Shown here one piece after another: positions 38,506-51,853 of a stretch of 64,000 nucleotides of DNA; the first letter of the stretch is position 1, and every line of letters starts with the position of its first letter. The position numbers and the translations under genes were made by a program. The notes under the pieces were generated by a model, which did no database searches, was not told where the DNA came from, and saw only the letters and a program-made list of their open reading frames with translations. Source of the stretch: Octopus vulgaris. Lineage: Eukaryota. The DNA lies in the NCBI GenBank assembly GCA_951406725.2, contig OX597821.1:97650001-97714000 (forward strand). The letters are read 5' to 3'.

Positions 38506-39517
38506 AGGTAGGTTATGTGGTTAAAAAGTTTGCTTTCCAACAACATAGTTTATTTGAGTTCAGTCCCACAGCATGGTACCTGGCACAAGTATCTTTTAAT
38601 AGCACTTCAGGTCAATCAAAGCCCTGTGTCTGACTGGAACTGAAAGATGTCCATTGTGTATGTGTGTGTGTATGTATTTCTGAATGTGTATGCGTTTGTG
38701 TCTCCTTGTCTTGATATTGTGTGATGATTGTAAATGATTGTAAATGAGCTTCAGTGTTATGCAAGTTCTATCATTTGTTCCCAGTTTTCCATGGAAACAT
38801 GCCTGGTCACGGAGAAATATTATCTTGCTCAGGAACAAGGGAGGGTTGATAACAGGAAGGACATTATGCTGTAGAAAATCTCCCTCATAAAATTCCATCT
38901 GACCCATAGGAACATGGAGAAGTGGACATTAAAATGATGATGAAAACTATACTCCTGTGTTGAAGTCCTCTACCATAACCAGTGCTTCTCAGATGAAATC
39001 CTTTGCAATAATTCTTCTGCCTTATGTTACGGTCACTCCCTACACTTGCACTAAGAAATGCATTGGCCCAGTGATTGTCAAGTTGTGAAGTTCTAACCAA
39101 TAAGCCTTTCCTTAACTAATTACAATATAAATTAAAATAAAAGTATTTAGACTAAGACTGTTGCCATTCCACTACCACTATAGCAACAACAACTATTGAC
39201 ATAGGAAGACAATGGTCAAGGTTGAATATCAGCTGTGTTTTATTGTAAAAAAGAAAGTGCCAACTTGATGTTTTCTTTGCTTTGCCCTTTTATTTATTGT
39301 TGTCGGGGTTAATATTTATTTATCCCATGCTCTCAAGTCTTGCAAATAATACAGCCATCAGTGGGAGAATGTTAAAACGGTGGAATTTGTGATGTTCATG
39401 CCCTACCTATGATATTTTGCAGAGTAAATAGGAATCAAACCTGTGTTGCAAATTCGTTTGTTGAGACCTCCATTTTGCAGATGGTGTATTTCACATATGA
39501 TTCATTGTTGCTGTTGC

Positions 39518-39548
<31 letters not shown>

Positions 39549-39732
39549 TCCATCACCATTGCCATTACCATTGTTATTCTCACTGATATCATCATCATCA
39601 TCATCATCATCATGACATGATCACTATATTATTACCATTGTCATCATCACCATCACCACCATTACCATCATTATGAAAACCACTACCACCATAACCACCA
39701 TCATTATCATCATGGTCATCACCACCCACCCA

Positions 39733-39791
<59 letters not shown>

Positions 39792-40406
39792 GCACAAACA
39801 CGCATGCACACAGGACATTCACTGCCAGGTGGTATACTTCCCTCCACCGTGACATATAGCATGTGTGATTGATTAAAAAAGAAGAGAAAACAGGATAAAC
39901 GTTAAAGAAACAAAAAAAAAAAAAGCAAAGAAAATACACAGACAAATATGGCTGAACCAGTTGTCTACAAATATTGAAGTATCTAAATTAGACAATAAAA
40001 ACTGTGATGTTCTGTGACTATGCTGTCTTTCAGAACATTCCAGATAGTTTTGAAATAAAAAAAGAAAAGAATTAGTTAAGAAACAAATAAAAACTAAATC
40101 AAAGAAGGATAAATTTTAAAAGGCTATTTATCCTGTGAAGTGGGCAATGGATTAACAGAACCGGTTGAGTGTCAGACAAAAATACCTTGCAGTGTTTAGT
40201 TAGATACTGAGTTCAAATCCTGCCCAGGCAAACTTGTTTTTCTTCCTTCTAGGGTTGATAAAATAAGTATCATTTGCATTCTCATTCCTAGAACTTGACT
40301 GATGGCTCCCTTCTGTTTCTTGTAAAAAAAGTATATATACACACACATACTGATATATATGTATTTATGCATACATATATATATATATATATGTGTGTAT
40401 GTATAT

Positions 40407-40439
<33 letters not shown>

Positions 40440-40440
40440 G

Positions 40441-40640
40441 TTAATCCAAACAAGAAAGCACAAAAAAACACAACAACGCGAGGACGTGGAACAAATATAG
40501 TATTATTGGACGCTCAGGAAAGAAGGAAAGAAGGAGGGGTTAACGTTTCGAGCGGAGCTTTTCATCGGAAACATTGGAGAAGGAAAGATCCAGAGAAGGG
40601 AAGATGGAGGAAAAAAATCGCCAACAGTACACACGAGGTC
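40441..40640 (-). mobile_element. (TA)n-flanked element with HHR-like motif (40539-40572), U4C core
   Basis: Minus: GTTT-CCGATGA-A-AAGC tcc GCTC-GAAA-CGTT-AAC. Confidence 0.7.
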
Positions 40641-41604
40641 ACATTTTGTATATATATCTTCCTGCCTGTACCACAGACATTTTTTGTTTGCAAACCTACC
40701 AACTGTTACTCATTTCTTCTAGTTGTAGAGAGGTTATATGCCTTCAGCCATTCAAGCCTGGCGAGTTGCCTCTATTGCTAAGTGCTTTATAGGTGCAAAT
40801 CCAATGATCACTCAACGACTGGCCATAACGTTTATCTTCCTATAAACATATAAATACACACACACACACACACATTTACCTTTTGATACTCCATATGTCA
40901 AATTCAGCAACTCAGTTTTTGAATATATTTGTTAATTTCTGTAAAAGTTTTTATTTCTTTATGCTTTGAAGAGAGAAATTGAAAGAGAAGAGAAAGTGAA
41001 ATGGCGACATTTGCTTTGAAGTGAGGGCAGAAAGTGAACGATAAGAGAAAGTGAAAGGTGTATGTATGTGTTTATGAAATGAATGAGTATGTGTGCTTGT
41101 GCATGAGAGAGAAAGAGAGAGAGAGAGAGTGAGTGAGGGAATGTTTGTGTGTTGTCATGTATGTATATTTTTGCCTGTATATGTAAGTGGCACTCACTCG
41201 GTCTCTCTCTATGTCTCACACAGATACATCTTTCATATACATGTACACATAGATACATATGCATACATCTTTTTTGTATCTATTTATGTGTGTGCATGTG
41301 AGAGAGTGAGTGACTGCATTTCGTCATAATGTAGAGAAATGGATGTCTTTTAAAGCATTCACTCATATAGAAAATGTGATGTCATCATTGTTGTCATCGT
41401 GGTAGAAAATGTTTACGATAGTTGACTTATAGAAAAGATTATTATGTAAAATTTTTGTAATGCAAATATGTAAATGAAAATAAAGTTTATTTGGTAGTCT
41501 AAGATTACTGAATCTTTTGATACCCCATACATCAAAATCGGCAACTGAGTTTTCGAATGCATAAGGAAGATACACACCCCCACCACCACCACCACCACCA
41601 TAAA

Positions 41605-41652
<48 letters not shown>

Positions 41653-42967
41653 AAGACAAGCAAGACATTATATACAGTGTATAGTTTGAGTACATTGGTA
41701 AAACTTTAATAAATCTTAATATGGTGATTAGAAAACAAATATAAAAACACTTTACTTTTCACTTGTTTAACATCTGTTGTGGGACATATTCTAAAAGTTT
41801 TGATGGAGCATACGATAGTTGATTCACTAAAGTGTATGTGTTAAGTACTGTCACTTCCTGTCTGTCTCTCACATTCCCTGTGTATCTATCTCTTCCTGTC
41901 GCTTCCACTTCCCTTATGTCAGCCACCCTCATTATGCCACATTTCCCGGAACCCCTCTCATTTTATCATGTAATAGCCCAACCTCATAGTCAGTTTATTA
42001 TCAACTTTTATTGAAATCCATTTAGTCTATAATTGAACTGGATGTTAGTTCAACATGTGTACAAAGTTTGTTGAAGATTGGTTTGCTGGTTTGGACAGCA
42101 AGATGGTAACAGACAGACGGACAGAAATTGTCATTTATATATAAAGATGTGTATATCCCTCTCTCTCTTTCGGAGAGGCACTGAGCAGCTATACGCACAC
42201 GTACACACACGGCAGTAACTCCCGCCTACCGAATTCAATCACAAAGCACCAGTCAGCTCGGGGCTATAGCGGAATACACCTACCCAAAGTGCCACGCAGT
42301 GGGACTGAACCCGAAACCATGTAGTTAGGGAGCAAGCTCCCTAACCACACAGCCATATATATATATATTGTTATATTTCGGAATGGTCATTTTGCCAGTT
42401 TAGCCAATAAAAACACACGCACTATATATTTGTGTTACTTTGCTTCAGTGTTATTTATTTTTTACATTAATCTTAATCTTATTTCGGCCAAATAGCACAA
42501 AAATGTCAATTAATAAAAAATACAAACCATTTCAAGCTAAAATAAACATAAAGCAATGTTTTATGGGGTGTCTATTTATTTCTGTCATGTCTGTGTGTAC
42601 ACACACACACACACACATGTATGATTGACTCCCTCATCACAGACGACTTATGAGTGAGTGTTCAGCTATTGCCAAACGACCTACACAAATGATTTGTTTA
42701 TAGTGATCAACTGTTCATGCCACACATTAGCTCACTCTCTCCAGCAAATCGATGTTGTCTGAACAGATGCACTGTGTACCATGCATCGGGTGTTGAAGTG
42801 GGTGCAGAGCAACATGAGATGAGGTGTTTTGCTCAAGAACACAACACACCACCAAGTCTAGGAATTGAAATCACAATCTAGCGATTGTGAGTGCAATACC
42901 CTAAGCACTAAGCCATGTGCCCTCACTACCTTATATATATCTATATACACACATGCATACATATATA

Positions 42968-43146
42968 TCGTGTGTACCGTTGGCGATTTTTTTTCCTCTG
43001 TCTTCCCTTCTCTGGATCTTTCCTTCTCCTATGTTTCCGACGAAGAGCTCTGCTCGAAACGTTGAAACCCTCCTTCTTTCCTTCTTTCCTGAGCGTCCAA
43101 TAATACTATATTTGTTTCACGTCCTCACGTTGTGTTTTTTTTTTGT
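42968..43146 (+). mobile_element. (TA)n-flanked element with HHR-like motif (43033-43068), U4C core
   Basis: GTTT-CCGACGA-A-GAGC tct GCTC-GAAA-CGTT-GAAAC. Confidence 0.7.
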
Positions 43147-44031
43147 GTATTCTTGTTTGGATTAACTATATATATGTATAAATGTCTATATATGTTTGTA
43201 TATCTATGATTATATATTCAGTTATGAATTAAAAGCAGCACTAGTGTTGTAAACCTTATCAAGTGCACATACTCAATGCATGTGTTTTGATTGTTTGCCA
43301 GTTTGCCGTGTTACAACACTCTGGGGACAACTCCCTCATAGCACTGGGTGTTAAAGTCATAGATAGGCAGCAGTGATGGATACAGATATTTCACCATTTT
43401 CATGGTTTATCAACATCACATACCTGAGTTGAACCGGAGATGAACTGAATCACCTGTCTATGACTATATACAAACAGTGTAAGAACCATTTGCAAATGTG
43501 TGTATGTTGTGTGTGTGTATAATATGTATGTGTGTTTGTGTGAATTCATATTTTCTGCATCTTCATGCATTTCCTGGTTGAAACAATGGGTTCACTGGTA
43601 CCAGATGATATTTGCTTGCAGTCCACCACAAAAATATGTCCACGCTTCTTGACATCTTGTGCAATGTCTGTAAACAAAATGCTCATTCATACAGTATCAT
43701 TTGTTTCTATTTCTTTTGCACTTGCTATTCAATAGACTGGGAGATTTTTATTGCTCACCTGGAAACAGGTAGGGATTGGCAACCAAAAAAGCATCTGGCT
43801 GTAGAAAACCTTGATCCATCATGTTCCTATCTGACCTATGTAAGCATAGAAAAAAAAGTGTTAAAATGATGATAATGCTGGTGGTGGTGGATTGTGGTGC
43901 TGATGGGTTTGATGGTGTTGGTGGCTATTTCACCTTGAGCATGACGACTATGAACATTATGCTACCAAATGTTTTAGTATCATACCATTTACTGGCCTTA
44001 GCTTTTTTTTACAACTTTCTGTTATTAAGTT

Positions 44032-44462
44032 TGTAGATGCTGCTGTGTAAGGTTCAGCACACATGCGCAGAATGGGATTACTTCCGGTTGGCCACCGGAA
44101 GTCTTCCCCATGCGCATGTGCGGGAAACTGACCCCTAAAATGCGGTTCACTCATTCATCCTTTCTGGCCCTAGCAGCACCCGTGAACAGACGTGTATTGG
44201 CAGTCTCTGAGGACTTCATACCAACCAAGCAGCGAACCACACCGAATCATTTCGGCTAACAAACAAGAATCAGTACTACAGATTCGGCTGTCGGTTTCCC
44301 TCCAGAGAACACGTACACCAGTTCTACATTACGACGAGAAATAAACAAACCATTTTGCTGTGTTTGTAGATCGCCTGACTCGTCTGTTATTTTAACTTAA
44401 ATTGAATGTGACGGGATCGGATCAGACACCCCTCCAGTGATACCAAAACTGATCCTGTTACA
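44032..44462 (+). mobile_element. Probable solo LTR
   Basis: TGTA...TTACA ends, candidate 4-bp TSD AGTT, internal AATAAA (~44339), and higher GC/CpG than the flanks. Confidence 0.5.
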
Positions 44463-44706
44463 AGTTATTTATTGCTCATAGTCTGTGAAATATATCAACG
44501 TTTTCTTTCTTTTGAAATAAAGAAATATACTGCATAAAAAATTTTTTAAAAGAAAATTCAGACTAACAAATACTCAGTGATAATATCTATGTGAATCTTG
44601 ATTATCTTTTCTTTTTTTTTCTTTATTTAGTGTTACATTATTTCTTCATTTCTATTCTTTCTCCTCAGATATGTCTTTTATAATACTTGTTTATTTTGAT
44701 ATATAA

Positions 44707-45102
44707 TCTTTATATAAAAGCCAAGTTGTGTGTCTGTCTCCTACGATTTAGATTCCTAACTACTCCCACATTTTGCGGTGCAGTTTAACCAAAACCGGGT
44801 ATCTTATAGTCGTGATTCATATCGAGTCCTTCTGGGTATTAGCGCGCGTCTATGATGGGTCTACGATTTAAAAAATAATTTACCATCATTTTTTTCCATT
44901 TTAATGCATTTTTTCGCTATTATATAAGGGAAGTAACTCTCTAAAAATGTCTACGATGAGTCAACGATTTAAAAAAAAATTTACCATTATTTTTTTTCCA
45001 TTTTTAATGCATTTTTTTGCTATTTTTTTGCTATAACTCTCTAAAAATGCTTATATAGCTATTTCCCTTACAAACCCGAGCAACGCCGGGTGATACTGCT
45101 AG
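44707..45102 (+). mobile_element. Non-autonomous Helitron
   Basis: Same family as 34313, with an internal ~100-bp duplication. TC...hairpin-CTAG ends. Confidence 0.85.
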
Positions 45103-47242
45103 TGTAATATATTAAATCGCTTCCAATTACCATGATTTTATTTTGCACACACTGTAAAGTGATTGGCGTTAGGAAGGGCATCCAGCTATCAAACCTGGGC
45201 CAAACCAGATTGGAACCTGGTGCAGCTCTCCTACTAGGCCAGCTTTGGTCAAACTGCCGAACCTACACCAACATGGAAAGCAGACTTTAAAGGAGGTGGA
45301 AGAGGAGGAGGAGGATAATAAAACTTTATAATATGCATATAATATTTCAGTGTGGTCTTCATTGATCAGGCACTGGCTTTTAATTTTTGTGTTCATTTTG
45401 GATATTGTCATTAAGAAATGGGTTATTTGTGATCAACATAAATTTTTCAGAAGACACTCCTTTAAAGCAGCATTTCCTAGACACTATTCATATAGCAATC
45501 ACAATAGGCTTGCATTACTAAACTCATCATTTAAAACAGTCTATTTCATTTGTATTTAAAAGTCTGTTTAGGTTTGTTTTGTTTGTCTCATGTTTCCATG
45601 TGTTTTCCTGCAAGCTAGCCTAGTTCTGCACATATATTGCATTTTTTTTCAATAACATACATTTTATGTGATAATCACAATTAGCACATGAAATAATTAT
45701 CCAATTTATATGTGTGCGGGCATAGTTATGTAGTTGAGAAGTTCATTTCCCAAACACATAGTTTTGGGGATCAGTCCCTCCTTGGGCATGTGTCTTCTTC
45801 TATAACCCTGGACTCACCATAACCTTATGTATAGATTTGGTAGGTGAAGTGTGTGTGTATGTACGTGTGCATGTGTGTCTTTGTGTGTTTCCCTCATGTT
45901 TGTTGGTTTATAAACAATAGCTTCCTGCCAGTTACTTCACATCATAATGTGCAGAAAATTATTCTGAAGGATCAAGACACTTTATAGATAAAATATTTGC
46001 CTCACAATCCATTTGATGTAAACATAAATTTAACAAACTCTGCAGAAATCAAACATCTGTTATTCTAAAATTCATTTTTTATTTAAGGTGTGTTTAGATT
46101 GAATTGTTAGAATATCAAATAAAATACCTTGGGATATTTGCTCCAATTTACTATGGTCTCAGTTCAGATCCCACCAAAGTCAACTTTATCTTTTATTCCT
46201 CCATGGTCAATAAAATATAGTACCAGTCAAGTAATATGATTGATGGTATTAACTGATCCCTTCCCTCAAAATTTATGGCCTTGGGCCATTATTTAAACAA
46301 ACTGTTATTAATTTTTATAATTATTACATATAGTTAATAATAAGCTTATTGTATACAGTGCTCAGATGCACTAGAACTTGTTGGAAAAGGCTAAGAGAAA
46401 GGACAGAAAGCAGCCACAAATCAAGTAAAGAAAGACAGCAATAAAAGCTTAGAAGTACATGGATAGTACACAAATTAAAACCCAAAAGTGAACAGTAAAA
46501 GAGTCACAATGAGGAAAGAGTGCATGGAAACATGTCAGAATAGCATTGACAAATTTCAGGGAGCATGAAATTTTTGAAGGACGCTAACAACTGCTAACAT
46601 CTGATGCAGGTAGTTTATTTTATGCTTCAACAGTTCTAAGCATAAAAGATGTTTCTGAAAGTCACTGGTACTGTACTGTTTTTTGGTTTGATAAGCATGT
46701 CCACAAATGATAGAGGTACTGAGTTCAAACAGGTGGCCAAAGTTATTTTTGGAAAGATGGTGAAATATCTTGTGGGTTTCTACTTGTACTAAGCCAGTTG
46801 CTTGACATTGTAAGTTAGTTTCTTGACCTTTTTACCTGTTTGTTATTTAAATATCTTTTTCCAGTCGTTATACTTACTAATATTGTTCTCGCATTCTCAT
46901 TCACCCAAGAACAGCAGTCGCTGTCTTTAACCCAAATGGCTGAAGTAAACTTGTTTTTGCACATGCTCCACTATCACAGTGTTTTTGTTACCTTGTCTAG
47001 AATTCAGTACTCCCACTCACACTTATGCAACTGACCTACTTTCTCACCCTTATTTTATTCTATTAATAAGTAAATTTTCTGTTCTTTCTTGCCTTTTCCA
47101 GTATTTATTCATCTCTTTTTCTTTCCCCCTTACATTCTCTCCCTATCTAACTATATCCTTGAACTTACAGTCAGACACACCTTTACCCCTTCAACTAATA
47201 CAAGCCACTCCGATTCTTTTCAATTCAATATATTCATACCTT

Positions 47243-47318
47243 GTCTCTGATGACGAGTTACCCAGTGCATGGACATTCTAACCTATCACTTGGGTTATCC
47301 TAGAAACGGCTGTAAGAC
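47243..47318 (+). ncRNA. Type I HHR-like motif, canonical core, long stem II
   Basis: GTCT-CTGATGA-CGAGTTACCCAGTG...CACTTGGGTTATCCTA-GAAAC-GGCT-GTA-AGAC. Confidence 0.8.
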
Positions 47319-47388
47319 TTCAACTCCACTTTACCCTAATTAAATTTTGATTTTGATTTTACCTCTAATATAATATTTTATATATATA

Positions 47389-47786
47389 CTAGCAGTATTG
47401 CCCGACGTTGCTCGGGTTTGTAAGGGAAATAATTATATAAGCATTTTTAGAGAGTTATAGCAAAAAAATAGCAAAAAAATGCATTAAAAATGGGAAAAAA
47501 ATGATGGTAAATAATTTTTTAATCGTTGACTCATCGTAGACATTTTTAGAGAGTTACTTCCCTTATATAATAGCGAAAAAAATGCATTAAAATGGAAAAA
47601 AATGATGGTAAATTTTTTTTTAAATCGTAGACTCATCGTAGACGCATGCTAATACCCAGAAGGGCTCGATATGAATCACGATTATAAGATACCCGGTTTT
47701 GGTTAAACTGCACTGCAAAATGTGGGAGTAGTTAGGAATCTAAATTGTAGGAGACAGACACACAACTTGACTTTTATATATAAAGA
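47389..47786 (-). mobile_element. Non-autonomous Helitron
   Basis: Reverse complement of 44707-45102. Confidence 0.85.
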
Positions 47787-48239
47787 TATAGTGGAACTTT
47801 AGTTTATGAATTTAATTTGTTCCTGAAAGTCATCACTCAAAATGTTCATAAACTGAAACTATTTTCCCCTGCAGGAAATTTATGAGAAAGCACTGTGAAT
47901 ATGAGTAGGGATATGCACTGAGTGAAAGTTAAGCAGCAACTGATGCCTTCCTGCTGATGTGCCCACCTTGTCATCAATCGTTGTTGCTAATTTGCATATT
48001 TGTTACTTGAGACACTATTCATCACTCATGACAGTTTATATTCAAAAAATTGTTTGTAAACTGATTTGTTTGTGATAAGAGGTATTCATAAACCACATGC
48101 ATCATCATCATCATCATCATCATCATTATTGAGTGAGAGAACAGCACATGCCATCAACATGACACTGGGATACAAATATATGAAACCCAATATACCCATG
48201 ATGCACCACAAATTAAACTGTTAGAAAAGAAAAATGTCC

Positions 48240-48740
48240 TAACATTGGGCTACAGCAAGTAACCTTAGATGCCAAGAACCTTCCTAAGTATCTTAGCTGC
48301 CCCTAATAACACTATTTTCTGGAGCTGCACTAAACTAGGTTTTATACCTATTTCATCTATCCATCTGTTCTTAACTACATTTTATCTGCACTTTCTATAG
48401 CTTCTCTAACTCAGTGGCTAGGTCCTGGTACTTTACTATTTTCTTTATGCCTCCCATATTAACTTGCTCATCATTTGGGACTATAAAATCAATTATCAGT
48501 CCTTCTAGCTTCTATTACTCTGTCTGTCTGAATGTTAAAATTCCACATCTTATATTTCTTACATTCTAGCACTTTACTAGGTTTGTGTTCATACTATCTA
48601 TCAGTATGGTTGAATCCTAGCTTTCTACATAACTCCCAGTGGATTATTCTCCCTAAGTTGTCATGTTTTTTCTTGTATTCTTTCTGTGCCAGCATGCTAC
48701 ATTCACTCACTGTATGAATAACACTTTGCTCTTTTGATTT
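48240..48740 (-). mobile_element. R4/Dong-like LINE fragment (restriction-like endonuclease region)
   Basis: Minus: HTVSECSMLAQKEYKKKHDNLGRIIHWELC...WNFNIQTDRVIEARR. Confidence 0.75.
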
Positions 48741-48769
48741 ACATAACCTACACTACACAGAGAACTGTC

Positions 48770-50925
48770 TACTGTGCAGCAAAGTCAAGCACTTTCCCAC
48801 TATAACAGTGTAAAATCACTACTGCAGTAATCTCTCAGGAAGATGCAGAACACTTGGTGGGAGGATCTTGCTCGTGATGTTCAGGCTGCTGCTGATGCAT
48901 ATGACAGCAAGAAGCTTTACCATCTTATGAAGCGAGCTTATGGACCTAAGAGCTCCACATCAGCTCCTTTGCTTTCCAAGGAGTCTTCCACTCTGTTTAC
49001 TAAATCAACAGAAATCACAGATCGCTGGATCGAACACTTCTCTGAACTCCTAAACCATGAGTCAGTTGTGGATGAAACAGTGATTGATACTATGCAACAA
49101 AGACCTATAATTGGCTCCTTAGACTCCCCGCCCTCAATAGATGAAGTAATGATATCACTAAGTAAAATGAATCTTGGTAGGGCACCTAGAAAGGATGGAT
49201 CTTGTGCTGAGGTCTTGTGATTTGGTGGTTCCCTTCATGAACTTATTAGTGCAGTCTGGAGGGATGGTGCAATCCCTAAGGACTGGAAGAATGCAATTAT
49301 TCTTCCTCTATATAAAGGAAAAGGAGCCAGAACAATGTGTAGTAACTACAGAAGTATTGCTCTACTATCAGCTGCTGGCAAGGTTCTGGCAAATATTCTT
49401 CTTACCCGTCTGAATGGGTGTCTCGTAAATGATGTCTTATCTGAATCTCAATGTGGCTTCCGATCTGGTAGAGGGACAATGGATATGATTTTCACAGCAA
49501 GACAGATGCAGGAGAAGTGCTATGAGCAGAATATGGATCTTGTCCAGGTATTCATTGATTTAACAAAGGCCTTTGATACTGTAAATAGAGCCTTTCTATG
49601 GAAAATACTTGGCAAACTTGGATGTCCAGATCACTTAGTATCTATAATTAAATCATTTCATGATGGGATTGGAGGCTTGGGTCAATGTTGGTGGTGCCAT
49701 GGCGGGACCCATTCCTGTAGAGAATGGTGTCAAGCAGGGTGACATCCTTGCCCCAACTCTCTTTTCTTTGTACTTTGCCGCTGCTTTTACTCATGCTTTT
49801 GCTAAGGTTAGCTCTCTGGGAATATATGTTAGATATAGATCTTCTGGCCGCCTCTTTAATCTTCGCCAATTTGCTGCCAATTCAAAGGTTTCCCAGTCTA
49901 TTATTCGTGACCTTACTGCAGATGACTGTGACTTAGTCACTCATACAGTGGACGACATACAAATACTCATGAATTGCATTTCTGCTTCTTGCAGGGCATT
50001 TGGACTCAGCATTAGCCTGGACAAGACTGTTGTAATGTTCCAGCCTGCAACAGGAAATCCATATATGGAACCAGCTATCTTGGTTGAAGGAACAATTCTG
50101 AAGGTGGTAGACAAGTTTGTCTTCCTGGGCAGCACACTCAGCCGTTCTTGCTCCCTGGATGAGGAAATATCTTTCAGGTTGCAGAGAGCGACTAATTCCT
50201 TCCGGTCTCTTCAGTCTCGTGTCTGGTCCCAACATGGCATCGCAAGGCATACAAAAGTTGCTGTGTACCGTGCTTGTGTACTGATATCACTCCTCTACTC
50301 ATGTGAGACATGGACTCTGTACAAACGTCAAGGGTCCTTGAACGTTTTCATCAGAAATGTCTCAGACACATTCTCAATGTTGGCTGGACCTCAAAAATTC
50401 CAGACACACATCCTGAAGACAGCTGATATCTTGAGTATTGAGGCGATGGTGCACAAGCACCAGTTACATTGGACTGGACACCTTATTAGAATGAAGGATA
50501 GGATTCCTAAGCAGATGCTCTATGGAGAACTTGTGAATGGAAGGAGACTCTGGCAGAAACCAAGGCTGCGATTTAAGGACTGTGTCAAGTCCTCATTAAA
50601 GGCCTGTGATATGCAGGACACTGACTGGGAGAACAATGCCTGTCATCGCCACAGATGGAGGAAGCAGGTTAAGGAGGGGATCGACACTTTTGAGAGAGTA
50701 CGTATCCAGCATGAAGAACTTAAGCGAGCTGCGCGAAAGTGCACAGCTCATATAGTGAATGGGGAAAGCTTGGTCTGCAATGTTTGCAGTCGTATATGCT
50801 TGTCAAGAGCAGGGTTCATTAGCCACCAACGGAGCTGCAAATGCAAAATATAAATTAGTCCTAGAGCGCACAATGTTCCTGAAGGTCGGAAATGGTCTTC
50901 CTCGGTCACGAGTAGATGGTCATCA
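48770..50925 (+). mobile_element. RTE-clade LINE, 5'-truncated, RT pseudogene
   Basis: NYRSIALL, ESQCGFR, FIDLTKAFD, GVKQGDILAPTLF, ADD, LLYSCETW and terminal C2H2/C-type finger CNVCSRICLSRAGFISHQRSC. Frameshifts. Confidence 0.95.
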
Positions 50926-51452
50926 TGTATGTGTATATATAATGTAGACTAACTACAAAATCCACCTTTGTATGTCTCAGGTGTCCAGAAGCATTAAGTA
51001 AGGAATGTATCCAAGGACTGAGTGGGGAATAGATTTTCTCAGTTGTTCACAAGGTTCTCTAGAAGATATCTGTAGCTTTTGTCTCATAGGAGATCTAATC
51101 AGTTGCTGGGGTGAGTGTTCTAAAAGCATAGTTGCCAAGGTAGGAAAGGGGTGGGGAAAAATTCAGGGTGCTACAACTACTGTTGGCATTTCAAGTGAAG
51201 ATTAAATTGTATGATGATGTTTGAGTGCAAAGTACATTATTACACAGCAGTAATACCTAAGCCCTGAATACAAAGGGTCTGTGAAAGAGAGAGAGAGAGT
51301 GTGTGTGTGTTTAAAAGATATCTTTTTATTGTTAGTCACCTTCAGAAACCAGTTAAACAGAATTAAAAGTTTGTTTGGGTGACACATATAAGGGATGCCT
51401 ATATGGCTATCCATATCTAATTATACAAGTGATACAAGTGTAGCAATTGCAC

Positions 51453-51535
51453 GCGGCTGAAGAACTATCTGTTATGTCGATTATGCATTGATGTAAGAAT
51501 AAGTTGTTCTATAAAGCCCGAAACATATGTACCGC
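51453..51535 (+). ncRNA. Type I HHR-like motif
   Basis: GCGG-CTGAAGA-[~56 nt, poorly paired]-GAAAC-ATAT-GTA-CCGC, with palindromic stem III ACATATGT. Confidence 0.65.
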
Positions 51536-51853
51536 AACATCCTTTGTGTCCTGTTTTTCATTTATTTCATTTGATACATATATCCTATCACCTATGCTAC
51601 TAGCTGGCATATACAGGTGCTTATATTTATCAAGTATTCACCCTGAATTTATTGTACCTAACTCACATATCTAATTATATATATATAGACACAGGCATTA
51701 CCATGTGGTTTCATATCGCTAACATCTTGGGCAAATATCTTTCACCATGGCCCTATGTAGTCTCAAGCCTTGTGAATGAATTTGGGCAGAGCTAAGTGTG
51801 TGGAAGTATTCCAGATGGACTGAACTTGTAGTTCAAAGGGCTGTCCGTGTTTC

